DNA from: an uncultured Desulfarculus sp.
GTDB lineage: Bacteria > Desulfobacterota > Desulfarculia > Desulfarculales > Desulfarculaceae
NCBI GenBank assembly: GCA_963665125.2
Contig: CAXXUK010000001.1
Coordinates: 1,472,001-1,536,000 of the forward strand
Direction of reading: 5' to 3'
DNA: 64,000 bases
A model generated the notes under the pieces. The model was not told the DNA's origin, ran no database searches, and worked only from the letters and a program-made list of their open reading frames with translations. Position numbers and translations under genes: made by a program. Within the stretch, counting starts at the first letter, position 1; every line of letters begins with the position of its first letter. Shown here one piece after another: positions 9,532 to 19,973 of the stretch.

Positions 9532-10463
9532 ACATGCCTTGGCACCTGTATTTGCCAATCGCCGGCAACAGCGTAAATGTGGTGTTGATATTCATCATGG
9601 GGGGCGCGGTGGGTCTTTTATCCGGCCTCTTCGGGGTCGGCGGCGGTTTTCTGATGACTCCCTTGCTGATCATGGTCGGCATTCCGCCGACGGTGGCCGC
9701 CGCATCCGATTCCAACCAGATCGTCGGAGCCTCCACCTCGGGGACGCTGGCCCACTACCGGCTGGGCAACGTTGATATCAAAATGGGGCTACTCTTACTG
9801 GTTGGCGGTGTAGCCGGAGGCATAGGTGGGGTCCAGTTGATCAAGATGCTGCGGGCCATGGGCAACGCGGACTTCCTGATCCAGATCACCTACGTATTGA
9901 TGCTTGGTTTTGTGGGCGGCTACATGCTGCTGGAGAGCATCCAGACCCTGCGCCGTAATAAGACCGGCGACGCGGCCCCTGCGGCCAAAAAGGAATCGGC
10001 CTACGCCAAGTTCATGCGCAGCCTGCCGCTGCAGACCAGGTTCGAGAAATCCGGCGTGGAGATGTCGCTATTGATGCCGGTGGTCCTCGGCGGCTTCGTG
10101 GGCGTGCTGGCGGCTATCATGGGCGTAGGCGGCGGTTTCATAATGGTGCCGGTTATGGTCTACATGCTGCGCATGCCCATGCACGTGGTGGTGGGCACCA
10201 GCCTGTTCCAGATTCTGTTTACCTGCGTGGTGGTCACGATCATGCAGGCCTCCACCAACCACACCGTGGACTTCATCCTGGCCCTGATCCTGCTCTTGGG
10301 CTCCACACTGGGGGCCCAGATCGGAGCCAAAATGGGCAAGCGCCTGCACGGAGAACAGCTCAAGCTGATCCTGGCCTGCCTGGTGCTGGTTGTCATGGCC
10401 AAGATGCTCCTGGGCCTGTTGGTGCATCCCACCTACCTTCTGAGCTACGCGGGAGGCCACTAA
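9528..10463 (+). CDS. TauE/SafE (TSUP) family sulfite-exporter-like permease
   Basis: Duplicated SGLFGVGGGFLMTP / AIMGVGGGFIMVP motifs; multiple TM segments. Confidence 0.92.
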   Translation: MNMPWHLYLPIAGNSVNVVLIFIMGGAVGLLSGLFGVGGGFLMTPLLIMVGIPPTVAAASDSNQIVGASTSGTLAHYRLGNVDIKMGLLLLVGGVAGGIGGVQLIKMLRAMGNADFLIQITYVLMLGFVGGYMLLESIQTLRRNKTGDAAPAAKKESAYAKFMRSLPLQTRFEKSGVEMSLLMPVVLGGFVGVLAAIMGVGGGFIMVPVMVYMLRMPMHVVVGTSLFQILFTCVVVTIMQASTNHTVDFILALILLLGSTLGAQIGAKMGKRLHGEQLKLILACLVLVVMAKMLLGLLVHPTYLLSYAGGH

Positions 10464-10464
10464 G

Positions 10465-11241
10465 ATGCGCGCGATTTGGAAAAAAACAGCAATTATCGCC
10501 GTACTGGCCTTGGCGCTGTCCGGCCTGCCCATGGCCCTGGCCGGCACCGCCGCCGGTCCGCAATTGTCCCCGCCGGAGGTGAAGATCACCGCTTTTTACA
10601 ATGGCACTCAGGTGCGGGTTGACGGCAGCGTGCCCCAGGGCCACCAAGCCGCCGTGGTGCTTTCCAGCGGTGCGGCCGAGCAATCTTTCAGGGTCAAAGA
10701 AAAGGTTGGCGGCGTGCTGTGGATGAATCGGGCCACGGTGTCTTTCGACAACCTGCCCATGGTTTATCTGCTGGCCGCCTCGGCCACTGGCGATGCTGCC
10801 CGGGACGTGGACGCGGCTCTAGGTCTGGAACACCTGCGCACCGAGGCTCATGTCCAGTCCAACGCCCAGAATCACGAGCAGCTCTTTGATGAATTTGCAA
10901 AAATGAAACAAGGCGAAGGGCTTTATTCGATCAATTACGGCGCATTGACTCTGGACCAGGCCGATAGCGGAATCCAGACCTTGCACTGCGACCTGGAGAT
11001 CCCGGCAAAAATGCCATTAGGCGAGTTTTCCGTAAGGCTGATAGACATAGATCCCCAGGGACGCATCACCGAAGCAGGCAGCAAACAACTCAAGGTCAGC
11101 GAGAGCGGCCTGCCCGCGTTGCTCTCGGAACTCGCCTTTGAATACGGTACGCTTTACGGTCTTTTGGCCGTGGTTATCGCCATCTGCGGCGGCATGGTTA
11201 CTTCAATTATCTTCCGCCAGGGCGGCGGCGGGGCCCACTAG
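10465..11241 (+). CDS. TIGR02186-like exported protein with C-terminal TM anchor
   Basis: Signal peptide, ITAFYNG, KEKVGGVLWMN, LYGLLAVVIA..GGAH; usual TSUP partner. Confidence 0.75.
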   Translation: MRAIWKKTAIIAVLALALSGLPMALAGTAAGPQLSPPEVKITAFYNGTQVRVDGSVPQGHQAAVVLSSGAAEQSFRVKEKVGGVLWMNRATVSFDNLPMVYLLAASATGDAARDVDAALGLEHLRTEAHVQSNAQNHEQLFDEFAKMKQGEGLYSINYGALTLDQADSGIQTLHCDLEIPAKMPLGEFSVRLIDIDPQGRITEAGSKQLKVSESGLPALLSELAFEYGTLYGLLAVVIAICGGMVTSIIFRQGGGGAH

Positions 11242-11253
11242 GGCGGAGACGGT

Positions 11254-13827
11254 ATGAACTGGTTTGGCCGCATAAAGGATTTGGTCATCAGCAAGCCGCG
11301 CCGGGCGGACCAGGCCAACTTTACCCTGGCCTTTGCCAGCTTCCAGAAAATTCTGGAGACCAACAACCAGATCCTGGAGTTGATGGCGGATATGGGTGAC
11401 AAGCAGGGTGGGCAATTTGTTTTCGACCGCCAGTACATCATTTCCTCCTGCGAAAAAGCCAAGGAGTTGAGCCAGCACATCATCATGGAACTCAACAAAC
11501 TGGCGCCAAAGAAGTTCCTGGGTTTGTACGAGGCTTTTCAGGCCATAGAAGACCAGATCGACGCGGACCTGTCGGGCCAAATGATAATCCCCAAGACGCC
11601 CTATGTGATCTCCAACAATGAATTCACCCGCGAGTCGGCCGAGGTGGTGGGCAATAAAAACGCCCATCTGGCGGCCGTGCACCAGGTACTGGGCCTGCCC
11701 ACCCCCCCATGTTTCATGATCACCACCAAGGCCTACCATGATCTTATGGCTCATGACGGTCTGCGTGAGCGCATGCAGCCCTGGCTCGAGCAATGGAAGG
11801 CGGGGGAAATCGATAGCGAAAAGGCCGCCGAGGCCCTGCGGCCGATAATCAGCAATGCCGAGTTGCCCCACAGCCTGGAGCGTGCGCTACGTAAGAACGC
11901 CCATCACCTGCTGAACCAAGCGGGCGGGGGGGCGGCCAGCCTGGCCGTACGCAGCAGCGCCACCGGTGAAGACGGAGCGCTCTCTTTCGCCGGTCAATAC
12001 AGGACCGAGTTGGGTGTCACGGCCGAAGACCTGCCCAAGGCCTACATCTCGGTGGTGGCCAGTGTTTTCCGGGCCCGCGCCCTGGAATACCGCCGCCAAT
12101 GGGGCATTTCCGAAGATCAGGTCGCCATGGCCGTGGGATGCCAGCTAATGGTGCCCGCCCAGGCGGCTGGAGTGCTATACACCCTTGATCCGCTGGCCCC
12201 GGAACAGGAGTACATGCTTATTTCGGCGGCCTTCGGACTGGGCGGTCCCGTGGTGTCCGGCCAAGCCCCGGCCGACCACCTCCGTGTGTCCCGCGGGGCT
12301 CCCTACAATGTCCTGAGCTTAAATGCCGTGCCAAAGCCCAGCAAGTTGGTGCCGGTTCCCGGTGGAGGCATCGCAACGGTGCCTGTTGGACCTGAGTCGG
12401 AATCGTCTTTGGCCATTAACTCGAACCAGGCCGCAGTCCTGGCCGAGATGGCCATACGCATCGAAAACTACTTCAAGGCACCGCAGGACATCGAGTGGGC
12501 TTTGGACCAGGACGGCAATCCGGTGATCCTCCAGGTGCGCTCATTGAACCTCAAGCCCCAGGTCAGCAACATGATCTGCGATATCGCCGATGTGCTGGAC
12601 AAGCAGCCTGTGTTGCTTTCCAGGCGCGGCGCGGTGGCCCAGCAGGGCATCGGCGCCGGTCCCGTCTACGTTGTCCACAACGATAAAGACCTGGACGACT
12701 TTCCCGAAGGGGCCATTCTGGTCACCCGCTTCACCTCGCCGCGCCTGGGCAAGGTCATGAGCCGGGCCAGGGGCGTCATTACCGATCTGGGATCGCCAAC
12801 CGGTCACTTGGCAACCATTGCCAGGGAATTCCGCGTGCCCACCATCGTCGGCGCGGGCATCGCCACCAAGGTGCTCCAAACAGGCATGGAAATCACCATG
12901 GACGCCGGACAAAACGTGGTATACGCCGGGAAAATTAAAGAACTGTGCTATTTCCAGTTCGCCGAGGACGCCTTTGAGGAGACGCCGGAATACCGGTTGC
13001 TTTGCCGGGTGCTCAGGCGCATAGCTCCGCTTAACCTGGTGGACCCCAAGGGGGCGAACTTCACGCCCAAGGGATGCCTCACCCTGCACGACATTACCCG
13101 GTTCGCCCACGAAAAGGCCGTGGAAGAACTGCTGTCCATTGAATACCATCACAGTCACGGGGCGCCATCCAAAAGGCTTGACACCGGTCTGCCGCTGGGC
13201 CTGCTGGTCATCGACATAGGCGGCGGGCTGGACGCCGCGCCCGGCTCCACGGATGTGGGGCTTGACGAGCTTTGCTCAAAGCCGGCCCTGGCCTTTTTGG
13301 AGGGCATGGCCGAGCCGGGCTTGTGGGCCACCGATCCCATGCCGGTTGACTTCGGCGGTTTCATGTCCAGCGTCACCCGCACCTTTGCCTCTTACATGAC
13401 CTCACCCCAGGCGGTGGGCCAGAACCTGGCCGTGGTGTCCCGGGATTATCTGAACCTCAACATGCGACTGGGCTACCACTTCAACATTGTGGACGCCTAT
13501 GTCAGCGAAGATTCCAACGCCAATTACGCCTACTTCCGCTTCCACGGCGGCGTCACCGACATGCTGCGTCGGGCGCGGAGGGCCAGGTTCCTATCGGAGG
13601 TGCTGTCCCACCATGATTTCATGGTGGATGTGCGGGGAGACTTGGTGGTGGCCCGCATAAAAAAACTGCCTGAAGAGATCATGCTGGAGAAGGTTCGTCT
13701 CCTGGGACGGCTGGTCTCATTCAGCCGCCAGTTGGATATAAAAATGCAAAACGATGAGGCTATCGACCAATACCTCCAGAATTTCCTATCAATGAACGAT
13801 AGCCGGACGATGGTCCCCATGGCCTGA
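11254..13827 (+). CDS. PEP/pyruvate-dikinase-like phosphotransferase (ATP-grasp N-domain + phospho-His swivel domain + non-canonical C-domain)
   Basis: VGNKNAHL, LAVRSSATGED..SFAGQY, PQDIEWA..LQVR, GSPTGHLATIAREFRVP. Confidence 0.88.
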   Translation: MNWFGRIKDLVISKPRRADQANFTLAFASFQKILETNNQILELMADMGDKQGGQFVFDRQYIISSCEKAKELSQHIIMELNKLAPKKFLGLYEAFQAIEDQIDADLSGQMIIPKTPYVISNNEFTRESAEVVGNKNAHLAAVHQVLGLPTPPCFMITTKAYHDLMAHDGLRERMQPWLEQWKAGEIDSEKAAEALRPIISNAELPHSLERALRKNAHHLLNQAGGGAASLAVRSSATGEDGALSFAGQYRTELGVTAEDLPKAYISVVASVFRARALEYRRQWGISEDQVAMAVGCQLMVPAQAAGVLYTLDPLAPEQEYMLISAAFGLGGPVVSGQAPADHLRVSRGAPYNVLSLNAVPKPSKLVPVPGGGIATVPVGPESESSLAINSNQAAVLAEMAIRIENYFKAPQDIEWALDQDGNPVILQVRSLNLKPQVSNMICDIADVLDKQPVLLSRRGAVAQQGIGAGPVYVVHNDKDLDDFPEGAILVTRFTSPRLGKVMSRARGVITDLGSPTGHLATIAREFRVPTIVGAGIATKVLQTGMEITMDAGQNVVYAGKIKELCYFQFAEDAFEETPEYRLLCRVLRRIAPLNLVDPKGANFTPKGCLTLHDITRFAHEKAVEELLSIEYHHSHGAPSKRLDTGLPLGLLVIDIGGGLDAAPGSTDVGLDELCSKPALAFLEGMAEPGLWATDPMPVDFGGFMSSVTRTFASYMTSPQAVGQNLAVVSRDYLNLNMRLGYHFNIVDAYVSEDSNANYAYFRFHGGVTDMLRRARRARFLSEVLSHHDFMVDVRGDLVVARIKKLPEEIMLEKVRLLGRLVSFSRQLDIKMQNDEAIDQYLQNFLSMNDSRTMVPMA

Positions 13828-13840
13828 AGGGAGGCTAATT

Positions 13841-14248
13841 ATGGACCCCGAACAGAAGAGCCAAATACTGATCCTCGACGATGAACTCATCGTGTGCAAA
13901 AGACTCCGGCCAAATCTGGAAAAGAGCGGTTTTGAAGTTGAATCCTTTACCAAAAGCAACGAAGCCCTGGAGCGGGTGCGCCAAAAACGATTCGATGTGG
14001 TCATCACCGATATAAAGATGGAGGGCCTCGACGGTCTGGGCTTCATGGAGGAGGTCAAAAAGATATCTCCTGAAACCGAAGTGGTGGTCATTACCGGCTT
14101 CGCCACCATGGATACGGCCAAGCAGTCTTACCAAAAGGGCGTGTTCGACTTCATCGCTAAGCCCTTTTCTCTTAGCGAAATCCAGAAGGTTGTCAAAAAG
14201 GCCGAAGCAAAGGCCCTGCAAAACCGTCTTAACGTCCAGAGTCAGTAA
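13841..14248 (+). CDS. Stand-alone response regulator receiver
   Basis: ILDDE, DIKM, ITG, AKPF. Confidence 0.92.
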   Translation: MDPEQKSQILILDDELIVCKRLRPNLEKSGFEVESFTKSNEALERVRQKRFDVVITDIKMEGLDGLGFMEEVKKISPETEVVVITGFATMDTAKQSYQKGVFDFIAKPFSLSEIQKVVKKAEAKALQNRLNVQSQ

Positions 14249-14261
14249 GGATGCATTACCA

Positions 14262-15056
14262 ATGAAGGATATCCTGGTTTCCATAGAAAACGACCTGCCC
14301 TCCAGTATTACGCTGCGCTATTGCTGCCGCCTGGCCGGTTTGATTCAGGCCAGAGTACAGGTGATCCACTCCAGGGCGCCGGGAAAGGACGCGCCTGCCA
14401 TAGGCGCGGGATGGGCCCAACATGCGTGGCGCGAAGACCTCCTGACCCAGGCCCGGCATGAAATCACCCAGATTCTGCGCGATGATCAAATCCAAGGCCC
14501 TGTTCTGTTGGAACCGATCCTGGAGGTGGGCGACCGAGAAGCGCAGATTATGGCCGAGCTCGGCCGCAAACCGTATGCCTTGGCCGCAGTGGGACTGCCG
14601 CTACCGCTAACACCGGATCTTCTCCATAAATTATTCCGCCTGGAAGTGGCTCATATAACTTCTTGCCCTGTTCTGTTCGGCCTGACCATGGCCCCTCCCG
14701 AGAATGTTCTTTTTTGCCTTGCAGAAGCAAAGGCCGACAGCCGCCGGATCGCAAATTTTCTTAAGCTGATGGAAGGCGCTCCGGTCAAACTAGATCTGGC
14801 CACCGGCCCCAATGATGGTGTAATCAGCGCATCGCCCATGTCGGCGCAAGATCGCATGGATTACGCCGCCAAACTCTTTGAAGCAAGCGGTATAGCCGTG
14901 GGCCAGCACAGGCTATTGGAGGGGACGGCGGAACAGACATCGGGGATCATCAATCAGTACGGTATGGTGGTTCCACCGCTCAGCCGGGGCACGCCCAAAG
15001 ACAGCGCCTGGCTGGCCATTTTGAGCCATTCTTCCACTACCATATTGGTTTGCTGA
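14262..15056 (+). CDS. Universal stress protein-like (tandem domain)
   Basis: MKDILVSIE...CRLAGLIQARVQVIH; start chosen at ATG 14262. Confidence 0.7.
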   Translation: MKDILVSIENDLPSSITLRYCCRLAGLIQARVQVIHSRAPGKDAPAIGAGWAQHAWREDLLTQARHEITQILRDDQIQGPVLLEPILEVGDREAQIMAELGRKPYALAAVGLPLPLTPDLLHKLFRLEVAHITSCPVLFGLTMAPPENVLFCLAEAKADSRRIANFLKLMEGAPVKLDLATGPNDGVISASPMSAQDRMDYAAKLFEASGIAVGQHRLLEGTAEQTSGIINQYGMVVPPLSRGTPKDSAWLAILSHSSTTILVC

Positions 15057-15086
15057 ATTTCTCCAACCCGGAAAGGTGGTTTAAAC

Positions 15087-15962
15087 ATGAAGATACTTTT
15101 AGCGGTCGACGATAGCCTCTACAGCCGTTATGCGGCCGACGAAGTAGTCAGCCTGGCCTTCAATTCCAGGGCAGAGGTCTCGATTCTGGGCTTGAGCAAC
15201 GGCAACGGCGGCCAATCCGGCAAGGCAGGGGAATTGCCTCAATCAAATCTGGCCCTGCTCATGGAAAGCTACCGAAACATGTTCCTGCGCCACCAGCCCA
15301 GCGATGAGAACCCATATACCCCAAACCAGGCAGCCCAAGAATGGCTTCAGATTGACAAGGGCGTGTGGGAAGAGTTGATGGTTCTGCAGGGCGCGCAGAA
15401 GCGGTTGCGCACCCTTGTACGGCGGGGGGACGCCGGCCAGGTACTGGCCGAGGACGCGGCCGACGACTACGACCTCATCGTGCTGGGCTGCGGTCCCCAG
15501 GGGCAAAACCTGGGAGGAAGTTCGCTGGGCCCACTTATGAAAATAATCGAAGACGCCAGGGCATCGGTGCTGTTGGTAAAGGAGGATCAAGCGATCCATA
15601 AGATTGTCTGCTGCCTGGACCGCACGGAGGTGCCCCAAAGTTCCCTTGAAATGATCAACCAAATGGCTACGATCCACGGCGCGGACCTGGAGCTTTTAGG
15701 CATCACCCGCGAAGGTTGGCTGCGCGTGGAAGTGGATTCCAAGCTCACCGGATTATGGAGTTATTTTGATGCCTCGCAGGAAAAGGTCATGACCGGCTTC
15801 AAGGAACATTCAGAGTTGCAACCGTTTGTATCCAACGAGTCACGGCCCGACCTTCTGGTGATCTGGCGCGGTGAAAAATCATTATTGAAGCGGCTGCTCC
15901 CGCCCAAGTGGTTTGCCGGGTTGGTGGCTCAAAGCCAATCTTCCATATTGATCCTGCGTTGA
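15087..15962 (+). CDS. Universal stress protein (tandem domain)
   Basis: MKILLAVDDS...RRGD...YDLIVLG...ASVLLVK. Confidence 0.82.
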   Translation: MKILLAVDDSLYSRYAADEVVSLAFNSRAEVSILGLSNGNGGQSGKAGELPQSNLALLMESYRNMFLRHQPSDENPYTPNQAAQEWLQIDKGVWEELMVLQGAQKRLRTLVRRGDAGQVLAEDAADDYDLIVLGCGPQGQNLGGSSLGPLMKIIEDARASVLLVKEDQAIHKIVCCLDRTEVPQSSLEMINQMATIHGADLELLGITREGWLRVEVDSKLTGLWSYFDASQEKVMTGFKEHSELQPFVSNESRPDLLVIWRGEKSLLKRLLPPKWFAGLVAQSQSSILILR

Positions 15963-16141
15963 AATGGTTTTGGCCCCTAGTTATTGAACAAACCAGCGGT
16001 TGGTCCGCGTGTGATATGCCAGGTCATTATTAAGCCGCTGAAAAGCTGTCCCGAAGCTCCAGCACAAGCATGTTTACGAAGGGCTGAAAATCCAGAAAGA
16101 AATCCATATCCGGACCGGATCCGAAAGGATCCTGCCCCGGC

Positions 16142-16440
16142 GGGTGTGTCAGGAATTCCGTGTATGTAGCTGTTCGTGAGATACTCTGCCTTTATTGGAG
16201 GAACTCACGACATGGCTATCAATGACGAATTGCTGGAGCAGTTGCTGGAGGAGTACCAGAAGCCCGAGGACCTGCTGGGTGAGGACGGGATACTCCAGGA
16301 GTTGAAGAAGGCCCTGGTGGAGAAGGCGCTTGGGGCCGAGTTGACCCATCATCTGGGTTATGAGAAGGGCGAGAAGCCGGGCCGCAAGGCCAGCAATACG
16401 CGCAACGGCCACGGCAAAAAGAAGGTCAAAGGGCAGGACG
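16142..16440 (+). mobile_element. IS256-family left end and truncated transposase 5' part
   Basis: End GGGTGTGTCAGGAATTCCGTGTATG; MAINDELLEQLL...LVEKALGAELTHHLGYEK..NTRNG from ATG 16212. Confidence 0.85.
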
Positions 16441-16808
16441 TAAAACCGTCTACCCGCCCGAGTCATTCATGAAAAAAGCTAAGGCCAGATACGAACAGGA
16501 CAAGGCCGCAAACATCCCCTGGGTGGTCCACTTTAGGGGCAGACAGATTAGAAGCCTAAAAAAGAGCCTGGGGCAGCGCAAAAGAACGGGCTGGCTACGG
16601 TGACAGTTCCATCCGCATGTATGACCTACGCCATGTGGCTGCAACAGAGATGCTGGCTAATGGCGCCGATCCAGCTGCCGTACAGCACCAGCTAGGTCAT
16701 CGCCGTTTGAGCACCACCCTGGATGTTTACAGTGGTGTTATGAAAGGTGCCCAGCAAAAGGCCGCAAAGCTCATGCCCACCCCTGATGGCGAACCTGAAG
16801 ATTGCTAA
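16441..16808 (+). pseudogene. Tyrosine recombinase/integrase C-terminal fragment
   Basis: YDLRHVAATEML..GAD...VQHQLGH...TTLDVYS catalytic boxes; N-terminus missing. Confidence 0.85.
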
Positions 16809-16810
16809 TT

Positions 16811-16990
16811 TGTCCTAGTCGAGAAAAGCGTTGACAGGTCAAGGTCCTAGCTGAAGGAGCCATGGCCTTCCGGTTAAGATGGTTCAAGCCAAAAGAAACA
16901 TCTTAATTGAAAGGAAGGACCATGACTCAATCGCAGTATATCATCAACCGCAAGCTCAATATCCTGGAGTTGGGCCAGACTCTGGGAAAC
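16811..16990 (+). mobile_element. IS481-family left end and transposase N-terminus
   Basis: End TGTCCTAGTC...GCGTTGACAG; MTQSQYIINRKLNILELGQTLGN from 16922, cut by IS3 copy 2. Confidence 0.7.
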
Positions 16991-18246
16991 TGATCTAACC
17001 CATCAACAACGGACATTTGGTTAAGCGACAATTTGATTTTCAAAGGCCAGCGGGCTGATGTATCCGTTGGCACTGTGTCTCCTGTTTCGGTTGTAGTCAA
17101 CCTCGATATACTCGAATACGGCACGGCGCATACCTTGGCGGGTGGCGAAGTGCGCACCGTGGATCAGTTCCACCTTGAGGGTATGGAAGAAGCTTTCAGC
17201 AACGGCGTTGTCGTAACAGTTGCCTCTGCCGCTCATGCTGCAAACCAGTTCATGCTTGGTCAAAAGGGCCTGGTATTTCCTAGAGCAATACTGGCTGCCC
17301 CGATCCGAATGAACCAACACACCTTTGGACATATGCCGTCGCCACAAGGCCATCTGCAAGGCGTCACAGACTAAATCGGCCTTCATGCGTTCATCCATGG
17401 CCCAGCCCACCACCATGCGCGAAAACAGGTCGAGCACCACCGCCAGATACAACCAGCCCTCGCCGGTCCAAAGGTATGTAATGTCGCAGACCCACTTCTG
17501 ATTTGGAGCCGTTGCGTTGAAGTCCTGGGCCAACAGATTTGGAGCCACCGGCATACCGTGATCCGAATCCGTGGTGGCCTTGAACTTCCTGGCCGCTTTG
17601 GCCACCAGGCCCTGTCTATTCATGCTCTTGGCCACTGTTTTGCGGTTGTATTTACGGCCTTGCTCATCAAGGTCGAGAGTCAGCCCAACTGCTCCGCTAC
17701 GGCCCTTGCGAACTTCAAAGGCTTCTTTCACCAGGTGATCGAGCCTCTCACGCTCCATCTGCCTCTGACTGGGATTTTGCAGCCTGCTCCGCCAGCCATA
17801 ATACCCGCCACGTGATACGCCAAAGGCCTCGGATTGCGCCGTGATGCTGTATGTGCCTGCGTTTTGCTGCATGAACGCGTACTTCACTTCAGGCTTTTGG
17901 CGAAGTCTGCGGCGGCCTTTTTAAATATGGCCAACTCCTCTTCTTTCTTGGCCAACTGCCGCTTCAGCTTGGCGTTTTCAATTTCCAATTCCTTTTCGGT
18001 TTCATTGCGGCCGGCCTCATAGCGAGTCTTTTTGCGCCAAGCGTAAACCTGGGACTCATGCAGGCCAAGCTGCTTGGCCGCACCAGCCACGCCCGCTTGC
18101 TCGGCCAAACCCAGCGCCTCAATCTTGAATTCCAGCGAGTACCGTCGCCTGGTGGATTTCTTCTGGCTCTTCTGTGATGGCGCCGAACGCCTCCGTTAAG
18201 CAATTTACTCGCTTAAACGAGCGCCCGTCAAAACTGGGCTGGATCA
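16991..18246 (-). mobile_element. IS3-family element (copy 2)
   Basis: TGATCTAACCC... / ...GGGCTGGATCA ends; orfA 17884-~18183 (start codon lost), orfB 17021-17887; no TSD. Confidence 0.95.
17021..17887 (-). CDS. IS3 transposase OrfB
   Basis: WVCDITY, HSDRGSQY, GNCYDNAVAESFF. Confidence 0.93.
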   Translation of the reverse strand: MKYAFMQQNAGTYSITAQSEAFGVSRGGYYGWRSRLQNPSQRQMERERLDHLVKEAFEVRKGRSGAVGLTLDLDEQGRKYNRKTVAKSMNRQGLVAKAARKFKATTDSDHGMPVAPNLLAQDFNATAPNQKWVCDITYLWTGEGWLYLAVVLDLFSRMVVGWAMDERMKADLVCDALQMALWRRHMSKGVLVHSDRGSQYCSRKYQALLTKHELVCSMSGRGNCYDNAVAESFFHTLKVELIHGAHFATRQGMRRAVFEYIEVDYNRNRRHSANGYISPLAFENQIVA

Positions 18247-19028
18247 CAAGATGGATGAGCAGTTTCTGGAAACGCCCTGGTACGGCTCTCGTCAGATGGT
18301 CCGCTGGCTCCGGCGTGAGGGGCATCGCGTGGGCAGGAAGCGGGTGGTGCGGCTGATGCGCAAGATGGGGCTTAGCCCCGTCTACCAGAAGCCCGGGACA
18401 TCCAAGCCCCAGCCGGGACACAAGGTTTACCCCTATTTACTGCGCGGGGTGGAGATAAGCGAACCCGGCCACATCTGGTGCGCCGATATCACTTATATCC
18501 CGATGAGGCGTGGTTTTCTCTACCTGGTGGCGATCATGGACTGGGCCAGCCGCAAGGTGCTGAACTGGCGACTGTCCAACACCTTGGATGCTGATTTTTG
18601 CGTGGCCGCCTTGAGTGATGCCCTGCGAAGGTTTCCCAACCCCCTGATTTTCAATACCGATCAGGGGAGCCAATTCACAAGCTTTGGCTTTACCCAGGTG
18701 CTCAAGGATGCTGAGATCAAAATTTCCATGGATGGCAAAGGCCGCTGGATGGACAATGTCATGATCGAACGCCTGTGGCGCTCTCTCAAATATGAATGTG
18801 TCTATCTGCATGCCTTTGAGACGGGAAGCGAGGCCAGGAAGGGAATCGGCTCCTGGATCGATTACTATAACCAACGGCGACCCCACTCCAGCCTGGATGG
18901 CAAAACGCCGGACGAGGCATACTGGGGCCGACCCACGACGGGATTGACCGAAGCGGCGGCATGACAACAACAAATACCATCCACCTTAACTACGCCGCCA
19001 AATTGTCTAACGATTGGGGGCCACCTCT
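18247..19028 (+). mobile_element. 5'-truncated IS3-family (IS407-like) element; orfB remnant 18251-18964 and right end
   Basis: PWYGSRQM, WCADITYIPM, NTDQGSQF, DGKGRWMDNVMIERLWRSLKYE; end TGTCTAACGATTGGGGGCCACCTCT. Confidence 0.88.
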
Positions 19029-19030
19029 AT

Positions 19031-19948
19031 ATAGAAATTGAATATGAACGCTTTCGACGTAGTATTAAAATTGCATTCGAATTCTACTCACCTGGTTTGT
19101 GTGTAATAGATGAAATAGTGGGTGAATTTGATAAAAAATTTGGAGAATTGTTTAATCGAAAAACCGTTTTAACAAATGATCAAAAAAATACATTAAGAAA
19201 CTGTGTTGCACCGGTACTTCTTGATACGATGCATGACATAAAATACTCATATCCTTTTTACAAGGAAACAGTATCTAAGGTATTAAAAGCTAAACCATTA
19301 ATTGGTGATGTTGCCAATTATCTGAAGGTACACCCTCTGGCAGTAGCTGGAGAGTTCGCAGAGCAATATGATAAAAATATGGCTCCCTCTCTGGAAAAAT
19401 ATTATGAAGAACAAGAAGAGGAGCTTCTAGCAATGGTAATGGAAAAGGCAGAAATGGAGTCAGATATTATTAGCTGGTTATTTTCAGCATTAGGATTTGC
19501 TGTAAAAAAGCTATCGTTGCCTATGTCAGCGCTTGGAGCTGTTTGGGGACAAATCCCTTCTCATTTGCAGAAAAATATAATCACAGAAGCTCATAGAATT
19601 TCAAATAGAATTGTCACGCTAAGAGATATAACCTTGCCCATGATGAAAACAACAGATGATTTGGGTAACTTTTCGTTTGAACTGTCTATGCGCCTGGAAT
19701 CAAAACTTGGTACTGATATTAAAAATGAGGTGAAAACATTTAACGAAATGGTAAAAAAGGAGTGTATTGAATTCGGTCTACCAGGTATTATCTATCTATA
19801 TTTATTGGAAGAAATTAAAGGTAGTAATAACGATATAATTGAGCAGATAGAAGAAAAGAATGACTATGTCATGCAAAGTCAAAGTTCTGATATTGATAGC
19901 TGGTTTGTCGGAAACTGGGAAAGGTTCGCGCCATATTTCAAAGCATAA
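19031..19948 (+). CDS. Hypothetical AT-rich protein, probably 5'-truncated by the IS
   Basis: Frame of ORF 19097-19948 stays open back to the IS end, with no good start or RBS. Confidence 0.6.
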   Translation: MEIEYERFRRSIKIAFEFYSPGLCVIDEIVGEFDKKFGELFNRKTVLTNDQKNTLRNCVAPVLLDTMHDIKYSYPFYKETVSKVLKAKPLIGDVANYLKVHPLAVAGEFAEQYDKNMAPSLEKYYEEQEEELLAMVMEKAEMESDIISWLFSALGFAVKKLSLPMSALGAVWGQIPSHLQKNIITEAHRISNRIVTLRDITLPMMKTTDDLGNFSFELSMRLESKLGTDIKNEVKTFNEMVKKECIEFGLPGIIYLYLLEEIKGSNNDIIEQIEEKNDYVMQSQSSDIDSWFVGNWERFAPYFKA

Positions 19949-19973
19949 TCAATACGGTTAGTTTATCATAAGG

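Noticed and set aside
11254..13827. Naming the gene ppsA or ppdK
   Set aside because: The pyruvate-binding C-terminal domain is not recognisable.
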